A stretch of 64,000 nucleotides of DNA, taken from the NCBI GenBank assembly GCA_002189035.1, contig CM007992.1:434001-498000 (forward strand), in the 5' to 3' direction. Source of the stretch: Utricularia gibba (lineage: Eukaryota; Plantae; Magnoliophyta). Both the position numbers and the translations under genes were made by a program. A model generated the notes under the pieces. That model saw only the letters and a program-made list of their open reading frames with translations. It made no database searches and had not been told where the DNA came from. The number at the start of each line of letters is the position of its first letter. Position 1 is the first letter of the stretch. Below, piece after piece: positions 50,427 through 63,598 of this stretch.

Positions 50427-52831
50427 TGTTTTCCGGCGGTGAGTCCCTTCAGCCCCCACAATCCGGGCCTCCTGTACTCCCTCACCATGTATGGAAAAAA
50501 GAAAAAGAAAAACTTGGTGTTGCTTATGGAAGTTGCAGCTTTGCCTGTACATTTTCCACTTGTGGACTGGCACGCCAGGTTCAGGAAGCGATTGCTTCTT
50601 CTTCGCCCATTCCTTCTGGTTCCGGGTCAAGTTTCAAACCAAAATTCAACATTAAATAAAAAAAACCTAATTTAGGTAATATTCTAGCATGTGAATTCTT
50701 ACTAATATTGATGGTATATTTATGGAAATACCCTTTTTTTGGTCACACTGAGGTCATTTATAAAAAATTAATATTAAATTGATTATTTTTTAATACACAT
50801 ATATTAATAAAATATTCAATTTTCTACATATTTACAAAAGTAAAATCCATTTTTACAAGGTATAATCATTATGAGATTATTATTTAAATAATCATTATGT
50901 TTTATCATTTTCATCCTTAACATTTCAAAACTATTTATAACTGAAATTGGTCTGAAACCCTAATTTTTCTACAATTCAATTTTACAAATGGAGTGGGGCC
51001 TAGATGTTATTGGTCAGTGTGTTTAGATCAATTTTTTCTAAATTATAAAACAATAAATGATCAAATATATTCAGATTTTAATAATAAAGATTAATTATAA
51101 CTGATATTAAAAGAATATATATATAAAATATCTAAATAATGCAGAATTAAATAAATATATATATATATATATATAATATTAAAAATTATAAATTAAATAT
51201 GTTCCATACATCAAACTAATAAGACTATTCATGTCAATGAATATTAAATACACCATTTTTTGACTGGTGTGTGGCTAAAAGAGGAGCTCAATTATGTAAA
51301 ATTTAATTTATTCACATGTGAAAAATGTGTGATATTGACATTAATATAGAGTTGCATAGTAGCACTTCATATGAGTGATGTCAATCATACATTTACATTT
51401 TTTTATTTTTAAATATGCTATAAAAAATAATAATAATTCAAATTTTAATTTTACTAATAGGTACATAATAATTTTTTAAAATAATGTCAGCAGGAGTGGC
51501 TCCCACTCAATTCATATTAATTTAATTGAAGATGTATGGTCTCAATCCCTTCCCCATGTCATGTCACATTGGCATGTCCCCCATGGCACATATTCATTAC
51601 ATGTATGGGCTTTTTCTTTAAAGAAAGATATAGGTGACGTCATCACTGGGATACATGACCTCAGCTGCTTCTATTTTCAATTCATTTTCTAATTTACTCA
51701 TGTATTTTGATAGGATCCTTTTCTATAGTAGATTGAAATGAGTCTTATAATTTTTAATATTTTTTAAAAAATAAAAAATATTATTTAAACGGTTAAATCA
51801 TGATTTTAGATTGAATTGGATGTAATCTCATGTTTATTTTTGTTCTATATAAAAAATAGAAAAAAAAAGAAACTCAAATTGGAAATTAAATTGATATTTA
51901 AATATTTTATGTATACATTTTTGTATTTCGTTATCATTCTCTTACAGAATGAGAATGTAATAAACAAACAAAACATAAATATTTTTATTTTTTATTCTAA
52001 CACAATTTTAATTATTATTTTTCAATAATATAATATTTTATCAATAAGTGGAAATGATCTTATTTTTAATAAAATGACAATGTAAAATGAAAAAACGCGT
52101 AGAACATGATTTATTTTCTTGAATAAATTAAAATTTTAGAATAATTTCTTTTATGTGAAATATTTATATGCAAATAATGACTGTTTTTAAGTTGTGTTGG
52201 CGCCAACTCTTTCCCAATTTATATTCTGAATTTTTCTGATGCTATAAATTCAATTTGTTGCATTTATTTAGAAAAATACAGTTTGTTGCAGTTGAATTTA
52301 GCGGAAGGTTCTTTGTCCACGGTCTGTTCGGAAGACAAAGAAACCGTCCATGAATGGGAGTGCAAGACCGTTTCCGATTCGGAGAGGAAGGCGTGGAGGG
52401 GTTACATTAGATTTCATTTGATCTCTTGTTCAAAAGTTTCTGAAAGCCCCAATTTCGGCGGTAGGTACACGTATTTCGTTCTGGATGGGGTGATTTTTCC
52501 GAATTTCGGGGCATGCGTGTGAGAGCTGCTATTCATTTGTGGTGTGCGAATTCTGGGATGTGTTTAATCTGGTGGAGGTTTAATTTTGATTGTGAAGTTG
52601 CTTGTTTTGTGATGGGTTGTGTGAAAAGAGTTCATTTTTTCGGTTCATCCAGTTTTTTCTTGTGAAGGGTGTTGTTTTCTTTCTTTTTATGGCATTCTCC
52701 ATTCGAAGTTTAGTTTTTTTATCAGTGTTGTGACAAAAAAAAAAAAAAACTTTCTCTGTTCATCCAGACTTTGGTGTGTTTGGTGTTTTTTTTCTTAACA
52801 AATGTTTTTGTTTAATGAACTGTGACCAGTG

Positions 52832-55023
52832 ATGTTGTTGATGGAGGAAAAGAATGTGCTTCTTCTTGGCGCCCCAGGTTGTAGCTTGCAAGATGCCAAT
52901 TCTCATTCAGAGGGTTTGAATCAACATGTGGATGACATCCGCGGAAAAGTTGATCAGGTTGAACGAAGTTCGGTTCACAAATTCAATTTTGTCTCCTTTT
53001 TTTTTTCAATTGTGTGAATTTCAATTTGTTTTGTGTTGTATGTATTTGGATTTGGATATTAAGAGTGTCCTATCTATCTTGCAGCTCGAACAGAAAATTA
53101 ATGAGGTAGAACAATTTTACTCGTATTCAAGCACCAAGAATGGCAATAATGCCAAGGGCATTTCTGCTTTCAGAGGCCTAGATAAGGAGAAGATTCTAAG
53201 TAATTTAAGGAAGAGGCAGCATGATGCCTTTAATAGGAAAGCAGCTGCAGCAAAGAGAATGCAAGAACTTATGCGTCAGTTTGGAGTGATAGTGGAAAAG
53301 GTAATATCTTTTTAGCGAATGGTTTTATTAGTTGGATTTCCACCGTCACTTTCTTGTCTTGTACGTTGGAAACATGTGAGAAATTGGTTTATCAGCCTTT
53401 AGTTTTGCATCCACTACTGAGTTGTTGCATCTTTAATGGCATCAATTATGTGCTGGTTTAATCATTGGGTCCTGTCCTGTATTTGTTTTTCTGCAGTTGA
53501 TTTGTTTGGAAGCCTTTTTATATGTCGGGTGTTCATTCGTAAATCTTTTCAGATAATGGAACACAAGTGGGCTACACCATTTTTGCAACCTGTAGATGTG
53601 GTAGGCCTTGGTTTGCATGACTATTATGAGGTAAAAATATCATGCCTCTTAGGCTTGTTCTCCTACCCGCTTGTTTCATTTAAATGCAGGAAGAGAAGCT
53701 CACTACTTGCAAACTGTTTTCAGATTATTGAGAAGCCAATGGACTTCAGTACGATAAAAAGTAAGATGGAGGCCAAGGATGGAAGTGGTTATAAAAGTGT
53801 TCGAGAGATATGTGCAGACGTGAGGCTGATATTCAAGAACGCCATGAAGTACAATGATGAGAAACATGATGTCCATGTCATGGCTAAATCTTTGCTTGAC
53901 AGATTTGAGACACGGTGGCTGCACCTTTTGCCGAAGGTGGATGAAGAGGTACTTTATTGTTTCCCTCCCCTGTTTATTTATGTGTTCATGCTATTCTCTT
54001 TCTCCGTTTTTTATTGGTTTCCAAATGCACGAATTATGAGTGAAGGAAAGGAGGCTTAAAGATGAGGACGCTGAAATGGAAAAGGACCTGCAGCTTGCCC
54101 AAGAAGTTGAGAAATCCAGGAATGCCAGAGACTTATATGCTGAGGTGAGCAGTGCTGAATAGAGGGGGTGCTGGTTAGTTCTAACTTTCTTGGAAAAATA
54201 TGGAGTTTGAAAGTATCCTATCCATTTTAGAGCATGAATTTTTCTGAACTTGCTTTTGCATTGTCGAAATTTTTTTCACGCATTCATGATCAGTCCTCCA
54301 ATCCAAACAAATGGGTAATAATCTTGTGCTTTGGTTGCTGGAAATCGTTCTGAAGCTGGAGATTCTTGATGGTCAACTCGAGATGCTCAAGGAAACTGCA
54401 CTACAGAAATGCAGGTAGGCTTAGGTGTAAGGTCAAGAGATTGATTCTTTTTCTCACCAGGTTCTCCTTGGCATTTCCTTTTCTCATTGTGAAAATGCCT
54501 CATTGATGTTTGTTTCTGCCATTGCGGTTAAATTGTTTCCTTGATTTCAGAAAGATGACAACTGAAGAGAAGAAGCAGCTGGGAAGTTCTATCACCAAGT
54601 TGAATTCAGAGTCTATCAATAAGGCTCTAGAGATCATAGCCCAGAGCAACCCCAACTTCGAAGCATCTGGCAAAATTGTGGAAGTCAACATTGATGCTCA
54701 GGTGTCTCTTTTCCGCCCATTTTTTTTTTTTAAATCTGCCTTCCAGGCATTGCTGCAGGACATGGCTAGGCATAGTAACAGAGCTGCATTTCTACTCTAT
54801 GTAGAGCGAATCCACCTTGTGGAAGCTGAAGTTCTTCGTCAAGGAAACATTGCAAGCCCAGCTGAAGACCACTCAGCCAAGTACTACAACCAATGGCAAC
54901 GTTACTGCTCCTCCTCCTACTACTACTAATACTGAGAACAACCAAAATAACAGAAGAAAGCGCGAGGGATGCGATGCCATTGGTAGGAATCCACAGAAGA
55001 AGTGCAGAAGGCTTCCTGGATGA
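52832..55023 (+). CDS. GTE6: BET-family bromodomain + ET protein (GTE1/IMB1/GTE6-like), multi-exon
   Basis: [60 protein letters not shown], the ET domain KMTTEEKKQLG and STLWKLKFFV. The start could be 52832 or 52841. Confidence 0.88.
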
Positions 55024-55647
55024 ATCCATCCCAATGTAAATGCGTGTGTAGCAGGTATGGCTCAAATATAGTGATGTACAGTTAGCTGACCTTGCAAGGC
55101 CTACACCAATTAGTGCTAGCGCCCATTTTCTAAGGAGGTTTGAATGTGTTGTTGTGATTCAACTGCACCCCTAATCGTCCCTTCCGAGTTTGTGTTTGTG
55201 AGTCACTTGGGATCGGATGGGCATAGCATGCTACCTTGGGATCAAACTTGAGATGCTTTCAAGGGCGGTTGGATGGTTCGAACCAAAAGTGAATATTAGA
55301 ACCGGTTTTCGTCTCAAACATCTTCAGCTTGTTAATTACAACATACCCCTGGAATGTTTGTAAATACAGAAAGGGTTAGATTTGGGTGGAAATCAAGCTA
55401 CAGAGGCCTGCAAATGGCCCCTGGTTTCTCAAAACAGCATGAAGCAGGTTACTTTGGCTCAGTTTCCATGAAGCTATTGTGTTGAAGAAGAAGCAGTTCA
55501 CATTTCATGGTTTTGTAACAAGACTTCCCACGAAACCATGGAGTAGATAAGAAGCTATCATTCAGAATCAATTTTACAAAATGTCGCCAGTCAGGAAGTG
55601 TTCATTCCACCTCTCCATTAAAGTGGGATATTACTGTTGGAAGGCAC

Positions 55648-56583
55648 TCACTTCTTGCTGAGATCAATCCCAGCTTTCTTAGCCACTGCACTAAGTCCAT
55701 TCTTCTCGATGGTCTTTATAGCTTTTGTGGACAACCGTAGCTTGACGTAGCGCTTCCCTTCTTCCCACCATATTCTCTTGTACTGCAAGTTCACAAACTG
55801 CCGCCTGATTGTCTTGTGGTTCGAGTGGGAAACGTGGTTTGCTTTATTAGGTTTCTTGCCAGTGAAAGGGCACACTCTACCTGAATTCACCACAAAAAAC
55901 AATGCAGTTTAACTAGTATAAAACAGAGTCATGGAGGGCATGCTATGATCTGCATCACAGAAGCATATCAGCATGAATATTCATACCATATAGGATGCAT
56001 GGACATGAAAATAGCAATCCAGGTTATCTGAATTCAACACTACTTGTTTCTTCTTGAAACACAGACGCTCCTTGGTGTACAATTAAGAATATTGAGCCTC
56101 TTCTTTTACAAATTCTGGCATGATATTTATCCATACTTTCACACTCATAAAGACAAACCCAACCATACAGAAAAGGATATGTAAACTGTTAGCAACAGCC
56201 AACAAGTTGAAGAAGCGTCTTCAATTTCACAAGTTCTTACACTAATTCCAGAGAAAAGAGAACATAATTTCATGATTACCGATACGAATTTCGAAACAAT
56301 CATCCGTTCTAAACAAAAAAAAAATGTAGAATCACAATCGGGCAGAGAAACCCAACTAAAGAAGAAGATACTCACGAGCAACGGGCTGAAGAGAAGGCCG
56401 AAGCGGGACCGAATCATTCAAATGCGGAACCTTCTGAAGCTGAATTGGGGATATCTTCATTCCACTCATCTGAGATCCCAAAGACCCGATATCAGAAATC
56501 ACTCTTGAGCTCCTCAAACCCCCAACCCTTGGCGCTGCACAGCTAAGCATCATCGAGCACTGTGCTACAGAAATTACATTCAT
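55648..56583 (-). CDS. PRPL28: Plastid 50S ribosomal protein L28 with transit peptide, 2 exons
   Basis: Exons about 56583-56376 and 55880-55648. [58 protein letters not shown]. Confidence 0.93.
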
Positions 56584-57134
56584 CTTGTTGGAGTCTTCTG
56601 GCCACAAAGAGTGAAGTGAAGGGGATAAGCAGGCAAACTCCTCCAGAGCCCTGTTTCTGTTTGGGCCCTGAAACTTCATTTTATCCCACAATTCGCTCCC
56701 CAAAGTACAGATATTACATTTCACCCCCCAAAGTTCTCACTTCTCACGCTTGACCCCCAGAAGCACCCATTCATTACTACTCAGTCCTTGAATATTTACT
56801 TATCCTATCTTTTTTTAATTAAAACATTTACAAAGACATCCCCAACAAAATATGAATTTGGGTTTTCGGTACTCTCTTTTATCTCTAATATTCAGAAAGT
56901 ACATGTAGTCAAAAGTAAGCTCATTGTATTAAGCAAATGTTTAGATTATATGGCATGATGAGAGCATCCACCCAAGGCATTTTGCTCACAGGCTGCAACC
57001 AGAGCTTCAGAAATGCCACTCTGATTCACAGCAACACTGGCCATGAACCAATTCTCGGATACCAAGTATCTCCACCAATGTAGCAGAACAGCTTCAGATT
57101 TCTTGCTGTTTCGAAGATCCAGATCCCCTCCTCC

Positions 57135-60100
57135 CTACCTTCGAAACCTTCTCCGGTAGAGAGCTTCGTCGATGTATCCTGCACTGACAACCCGGCCGTC
57201 GAACGTCCGGCCATGCAAACCGTGCGCAGCCACACAAGCTGCCTCACTTCTTCTGTATTCGATGAACACAGTCCCTGTCTCAAAGATGCTACTCAAGTCT
57301 GTTTCACTGTCATCGTCTGCGTTTCTTGTGAATTTACTGGAGGCAGATTCATAACCAGCAGACACTGCATTTTCCATGTTGCTCTTGTTGTCTGCATTCA
57401 TCTCTTCATCATGCAAATGCTTGATTCCCGTCTCTAGCTCAGGACCAAGAGTGTTGGGTTGAGTGGCCATTTCTTTTTCATGGCACGAGAGATGTTCAGC
57501 GGGTATAGTTCCATTTTCAGAGAGCACTTGAACTGTGGCATCTGGGATGAGCATATCACATCTCTCGTTGGAAGAATATCCAATGTCAAGGTGTCTGTCA
57601 ATGTCAATGGGCTCAGATGCATCAGAATTCGGTACGCTACCATGACTAACAGAATGGATTTCTTCCACCCGTTGAACGAAATTCTTCGATTCAGAGGTAT
57701 TGGATTCCCCAGACTCGCTGACACTTGCAGCCACCTGTTGAGTTCTACTGGCCCAAATATCATACTCAGTACTGCAACCATTAACAGAAGCCTTGCCGTG
57801 CTTCGCATCAATTGCTTCTGTTGTGCTAGAAGCATGCATTGGTTTGACTATGTTCACAGATTTCACAACACCAAACCTGTTAAAAAAAATTAAAATGAAA
57901 AAAAAAAGCCAAGGCACGAATAAATTTAAAAAAAATGCCAGAAATTTCTTATGTTAACCTAGAACACTCCAGCTTTATATCTGTTAACAAGCCTTCAAGT
58001 TCTGACTCAGCCAAGGACAAGAGATGCTCCGGATCCAACTGAAATACAAGCAATTTAGTAACCACGTAGAGAACGATGGGAAAATTCAAAAGCAATACAT
58101 CATGTGTGCAGACTCTACCACATTTTTTAGCTTTAAAATGGGAGTTGGCTTCTCCAGAAGTGGCTTCGCGTGTTCAGGGATACCATAAAAGGGTGGTTTC
58201 CCAACATTTCCCTACAATTATCACACTGTGTTACCGTTTTGTATAAATGATTTTTAGAGAAAAATAAGCATATGAGACAGGCAACGAACCAAAACAGCTT
58301 CAGGCGTGGCAAATACTGCAATTACAACTTTTCCACCTAGTCTTAAACCACTAAGACCAGCACATGCCTTGGAAGATACTGAATGGTCAACATACTGAAG
58401 CATCAACGGATTAGTTTATAGCATGAAGGGGCATGAGATATTTATGGTGCAGAGATATCAAACAAGAAATAAATGAGATGGTTCACATCTATCGTTCAAA
58501 CTATGCATACATACTAGTAAAATAGCGTACACGTATTACCTCCAGAAACGCGCATGCTTCATTAATTTCATCATTCACTTCAAAGTGGAATGCCTTCACA
58601 TTTCCAAAGGCTTTGGCAACGTCCAGAAGCTGATGAGTGAACACAAAAATTTATTAATAACAGCATACTTTTTGGAGGACAGAAAACTTGTGCATAAACA
58701 CTCTGCATCAACTAACCATTTTAGATGAGATATGGCGTGAAATGCCTCCAATGAAGATCTGCAAACTTGAAAAAACCCTCATTGGACAGAATAGAGTAAT
58801 CGCATTATACACACGAGTAAAGATCTAGATAATTCTGCTTGATCAGCATCATATGGTCAATGGCAAATAATGAGATTGCCTACTTTCATCAATCATGTTC
58901 AACAAAAAAACCTGATATCCCGGTAACAACTTTTGGTTTGTTCAAGCTTTAAAGACTCAGATGCATACCTTATGGGGTGAATCTTCAACAACATCACTGA
59001 CTGAATCCACATTAATCATTGACTTTTCGTGAAAAGCAGTCTGCATGAAAATAGCAACTGTCTGAAAACCTGCTAATGACAATAAATCTCAGAAGTTGAA
59101 TTTTGAAAGAAAAACTGTTTCAATGAATATACTTGATGGAGCCAAGCAAGCCCATGCATTAAATATGCGGAACAGAAAAAACGTCATCAAATGACAAACA
59201 CTCATTTTTCTTAATGAACCTCATGGCTACCCAGGATGCGAAAGCTCAATAAGACTCAGTAACTGTGCAGCCGTCCTAATTGTATTGGAGGAGATACAAT
59301 CACTGTGACAATTAGAACAACACGACAACTCTTTCTTGTGCATGTGTTCTTGTGTTTTTATTCCATAACAACTAAATAAACAAAAATCCACGAAATTGAA
59401 TACTGAATGTTATGCTACTCATGTGGACATACATGAACGAAAAAAATAATCCTCAGAAGTTGAATAAACATACAAAAATATATTTTTTAAAATTACATAT
59501 TCAGGACTTGCAGAACAGCAACAGTTTATGAACATTGACACCATGAAAAAGATACGTTGAAAAACATTTCTTACTGTTATGGCAGCATAGTCTTTAGGCC
59601 GTCTGAGGATAATATTGGAGCCCAAAAACGATAGAGCCTTTAAAGTTAGGGCTGCAGAAGCATCTTCTTGAGTCAAAAATTCCAGCAGAGCTTGGCCCTT
59701 GTCCTTGTGTATCTGAAGTTGAACATAGAAAGAAACTTGTGAATCTTTCTTGAGACACATACTAGCAGAATCATGGAAGCAGAGAAAGGGTAGGACATAC
59801 TATACAGCTAATGCAGGGTTGGGTTCCTTGAATGTGATTAATACCAGAGGAAAGTAAAAATTGATTAACACAATCTATTAAATCCTTCTCGGATGCTGAA
59901 GCAGGTAAGTTGTCAACATATAGTCTCCGCATAGGACGCGTTGCTTCAGTAAGTTGAACAGATTCAATGGCCTGCATATGCAAGGAAAAGGCATGATGAA
60001 TTGCCTTTAGAGGAACAGATGCGACAGAAGTTACACCCGGAAACTCAAGGCTGTTTAAAGATGAGCTTTGGGTCACTTTCTCCATGTTGGATAGAGTCAC

Positions 60101-61324
60101 ATCACTAGAATTTCCCTGCTGCTCAGCCGTTGGTAGATCCCATCTTGCAGTTCTTTTTTCCTGGGAATGATGAATAGGAGAAGGAGTTTTTCCTCCAGCA
60201 TCTGTTTTCCTCTTTCTGGGTGAATAACCGCCAAGACCACTAGACGCACCAAAGTTCTGCCATTGGTTACTACCAGACCCAGTAGTGGTCACTCGCTTCT
60301 TTTCAGCCGAAGAATGCTCTCTTCGCGATCTTCCTTTGCTAGAAAGTGACAAATCCTGAAGCTCTGTTTTATCCACGGTCGTGTGCTGAGATATATTTTG
60401 TGAATGCAATACTGAATTTCTATTTCTCTCGTCCGCATGCTCTCTGATTAATGACCTCCGACTTGGCCTTGATTCTTCACCACTGCCATGAGGCAACTCT
60501 ACATGCTTCTTTTCTGTATCATATTTTTTACCAGAAATTCTGCGTCTAATACTGCCTACCCCATTATCGTGTTTGTGCCTCCTTTCCTTTACAGTAATAT
60601 CTCTAACTTGGTCTGCTAATTTCTCAGCACTCATCACATCTCTAATACTTCGATTTCTATAATTCTCAGGATAAAAAACCCTATGCTCAATAATTTTCCT
60701 CTTTCTTGAGAGCTTTTTGTCCCCATTATGGTGCTCTCGACTATACACCCTAGATTTCTCTTCAATTTTTTCAGAAAATCTCGTGTTACTCATTGCTGAA
60801 CTGGAATTCTTTCTATGATATTCATGAACATGATCATCATTGAAAAGAACACCCTTATCGGGAATGCTGGTATCAAGCCTCCCGATTTTTATATCATGCT
60901 CTGTATTGGAGCCGAAATTCCTTTCAACAATGCTCCTAAGTTTGACGTCTGGACCCCGTGATCCTACATGCTTATCCAAAACACGGTCTTCATTCTTTCG
61001 AAGAGTATTAGAATCCAGAATATTCCAAGAAGTTTCATCCTTCATGCTGCGAGTAATATGTTTTAGATCCACCAACACAGAGGACTGAGTAACAGGACTA
61101 TTGTTCTCTAGTGAACGAAAAACCATCTCCCCAGCAAATGGAGTATCAGTTGCTTCAGCATTGCTGTCCATTTTCTTGCTTATAGATCCTTTTATTTTCC
61201 TAGCACGCATTATTTCATCGTAAGAGAATGGCCTCGTTCGAGCTGATGTACCCTCCAAACACTCCTCTTCATATGGTTCAGACCTAGTCTCGCATCTCCT
61301 CTTTTCTTCATCAAGTCTATCCAT
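57135..61324 (-). CDS. U2AF65-like (splicing factor U2af large subunit-like) RRM protein with a long N-terminal extension
   Basis: EGTSARTRPFSYDEIM, QLTEATRPMRRLYVDNLP, ALLEFLTQEDAS, LRRPKDY, GLRLGGKVVIAV, DIKLECSRFG and VFIEY..LHGRTFDGRVV. Confidence 0.88.
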
Positions 61325-62275
61325 GTGTCCCTTTTATTCTATATTCCTCAGACTTCAAAACTTGGTCGTGCTGCAGCAAATTCACGATAAAAAAGCAAAA
61401 CCTGCAAAATGAAAAAGCTCCAAAATCAGTTCAAAGCACCTAGGAGACAATGATTACGACAACAAAGCGCTAAGTTTTCATTCCAACCAACGTGTACCCC
61501 ACTACCTTACACCAAAACCGAACACGAAATCAGTTCTGGGGAAAAAAGACCCATAGCAAAAAACCCTTGAAGAATAGAAATGAAAAAAAAAACCCTAGCT
61601 AGTTGCTTGGAGGGCCGGAGCTCCAAGTACATTTGTTAAACAAGAAAAGAAATTTAAAAAAAAAAACCACAATTTTGAAAAACCTTGCTGCTTCAAGTAC
61701 ATTATCCCCACACCAATTCTTATTCCATCCCAAAACGAGCAGAAAAAACACAAGAATTAAGTAAACCCCCAATATAACCTAATCTCAGAACAAAATCATT
61801 CCATCATCCGACTTAGCCCGGCGATTGCGAGTTCCGATAAGCGAAACCGCACTTCGACATGAGAAGTCATCCAATACTTACGCATGAAGAGAGGCCGTCG
61901 CCGGAGATGCTACCGAAAAGAGAAATTGTCGACGGAGAAAGTAGTCAAGAGGTGTCTTCAGTGGAGTGTGCGTGCTGCGGCCAACGCAGATAAACTAGGC
62001 CCTAGAACCCCCGTCCGAGCGGGACAAATGCTTCCCCGCGAAATGACCCGCCGGTTCACGCCGCCGCCTAAACCCGGTTTTTGAATTTTAATTTTTAATT
62101 TCTTTTATGAATTAAAAAACCCGGTTTTTTTTAAGTGTAATTAAAAAAAAATCCTAAGCAATCTCCTCAGTCAGCCACCAATATTTTCTGTGGCCTCCCT
62201 TTTTTCTCCGTTTCTCATCATCTCAACACACGGCCACCCTTTCTTCGCCCCTCCCACACTCGCCACTCCTCTGCA

Positions 62276-62753
62276 ATGGCGACTTCAGTTTCCCCTTCTC
62301 CGTTTCTGGGTACCTGGGTGGGAGAAGACCAAGCCCTTTTCAATGCCAAGGCGGCCGCGGCCCAGCGGGTACCGTCGACGCGCCCTGTTCGAGGACGCCC
62401 GATGATGAAGAATGTCAATGAAGGCAAAGGTATATTCGCTCCGGTAGTTGTTGCCACTCGCAATATCGTCGGGAAGAAGAGGTTCAATCAGCTCAGGGGA
62501 AAAGCCATTGCTCTGCACTCCCAGGTAACAAAGTTTGGATTTTGATCGCGGTTGTTTCTGTTCAGTGAAGATTCTCTGTGAAATCATAAAGCAGCAAGTG
62601 TATCATTCTGTTTTGAAAGATGTGGTCTGTGGTTGGTTTGGACTGTAGGTGATCACAGAGTTCTGTAAATCCATAGGAGCCGACTCCAAACAGAGACAAG
62701 GGCTCATACGTTTGGCTAAGAAAAATGGAGAATGGTTGGGATTTCTTGCGTGA
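62276..62753 (+). CDS. PGR5: PROTON GRADIENT REGULATION 5, 117 aa, 2 exons
   Basis: Exons 62276-62524 and 62649-62753. MMKNVNEGKGIFAP..KKRFNQLRGKAIALHSQVITEFCKSIGAD..GLIRLAKKNGEWLGFLA*. Confidence 0.96.
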
Positions 62754-62900
62754 ATCATTTCATATGTTGGTTCAATACTTGTACTTGGAACCATTGTTGC
62801 TGTATGTGAGATCCTCGTTAAGTATATTCATCTCTCTTCGCTTGATAGTATAGAGCTTGATACCCCCACCACGCCTTTGATTTTGTTCATGGGAACTGCA

Positions 62901-63598
62901 TCAGCACACCATCCCGTGGCTCTTTTGTAACCTGCAAGACACCAAAAGGGAAAAAACTGATCGATATAGACAAGTAGAAACATATGTTAAAGAATGATGT
63001 GAGGTCCTAATGGAGCAGATGTGGTCTGGAGACATATGCCCGCATCTGTAACGAAAGACATCTCTGTCTCTTTATCAGACATGTAACTCTGCTGATACCA
63101 AATGTATAAAAGTAAGATGAGCACATGACTTATGTCTGAATCCAAATTCAAACAGAAATTCCAATAAAATCAAAAGCCCAGACTAAAGTTTCCAGCTTTA
63201 CGCTGCTTAATTTGGAAAAAAAAAAGATGAAACCTGACTCGATTGGTGTGGCTTTATTGTAATCCCAAACCTTAACTGGAATGTATGAACACCAGGAAGT
63301 TCACCATCCGAAGCAGAGGATGAAAGTTTAGGATTATGGATGTAGCTGATCATGGGAGGTGCAGAGAAGCAGGCATATAGATGCATCTGCACTACATTAC
63401 CAGCGGCGGGGAAGGACACCGTTCAGGAAAAAAGATGCATAAAAGAAAATCACGAGGATATCAGGGAATCAGATTCAGAATTTTCACCGAAGTCAGATAG
63501 TGTACACACAATTCATAAGCTGCCCAAGAAATCAGACACTCGACAGTCGGCACCGATAACTGCCGCCATGGGATGTCATACAAGGGGGAATCGGAAAC
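62901..63598 (-). CDS. 3' part of an unidentified spliced gene; its 5' end is unresolved and may run off the window
   Basis: Three phase-compatible exons (63598-63488, 63386-63271, 62931-62901) with GT-AG introns give ..VSDSPLYDIPWRQLSVPTVECLISWAAYELCVHYLTSMHLYACFSAPPMISYIHNPKLSSSASDGELPGVHTFQLRLQKSHGMVC*. Confidence 0.5.

Noticed and set aside
8184-60000. Numerous 60-140-aa ORFs antisense to or overlapping real exons
   Set aside because: They are shadow ORFs of genuine coding sequence and have no independent motifs.
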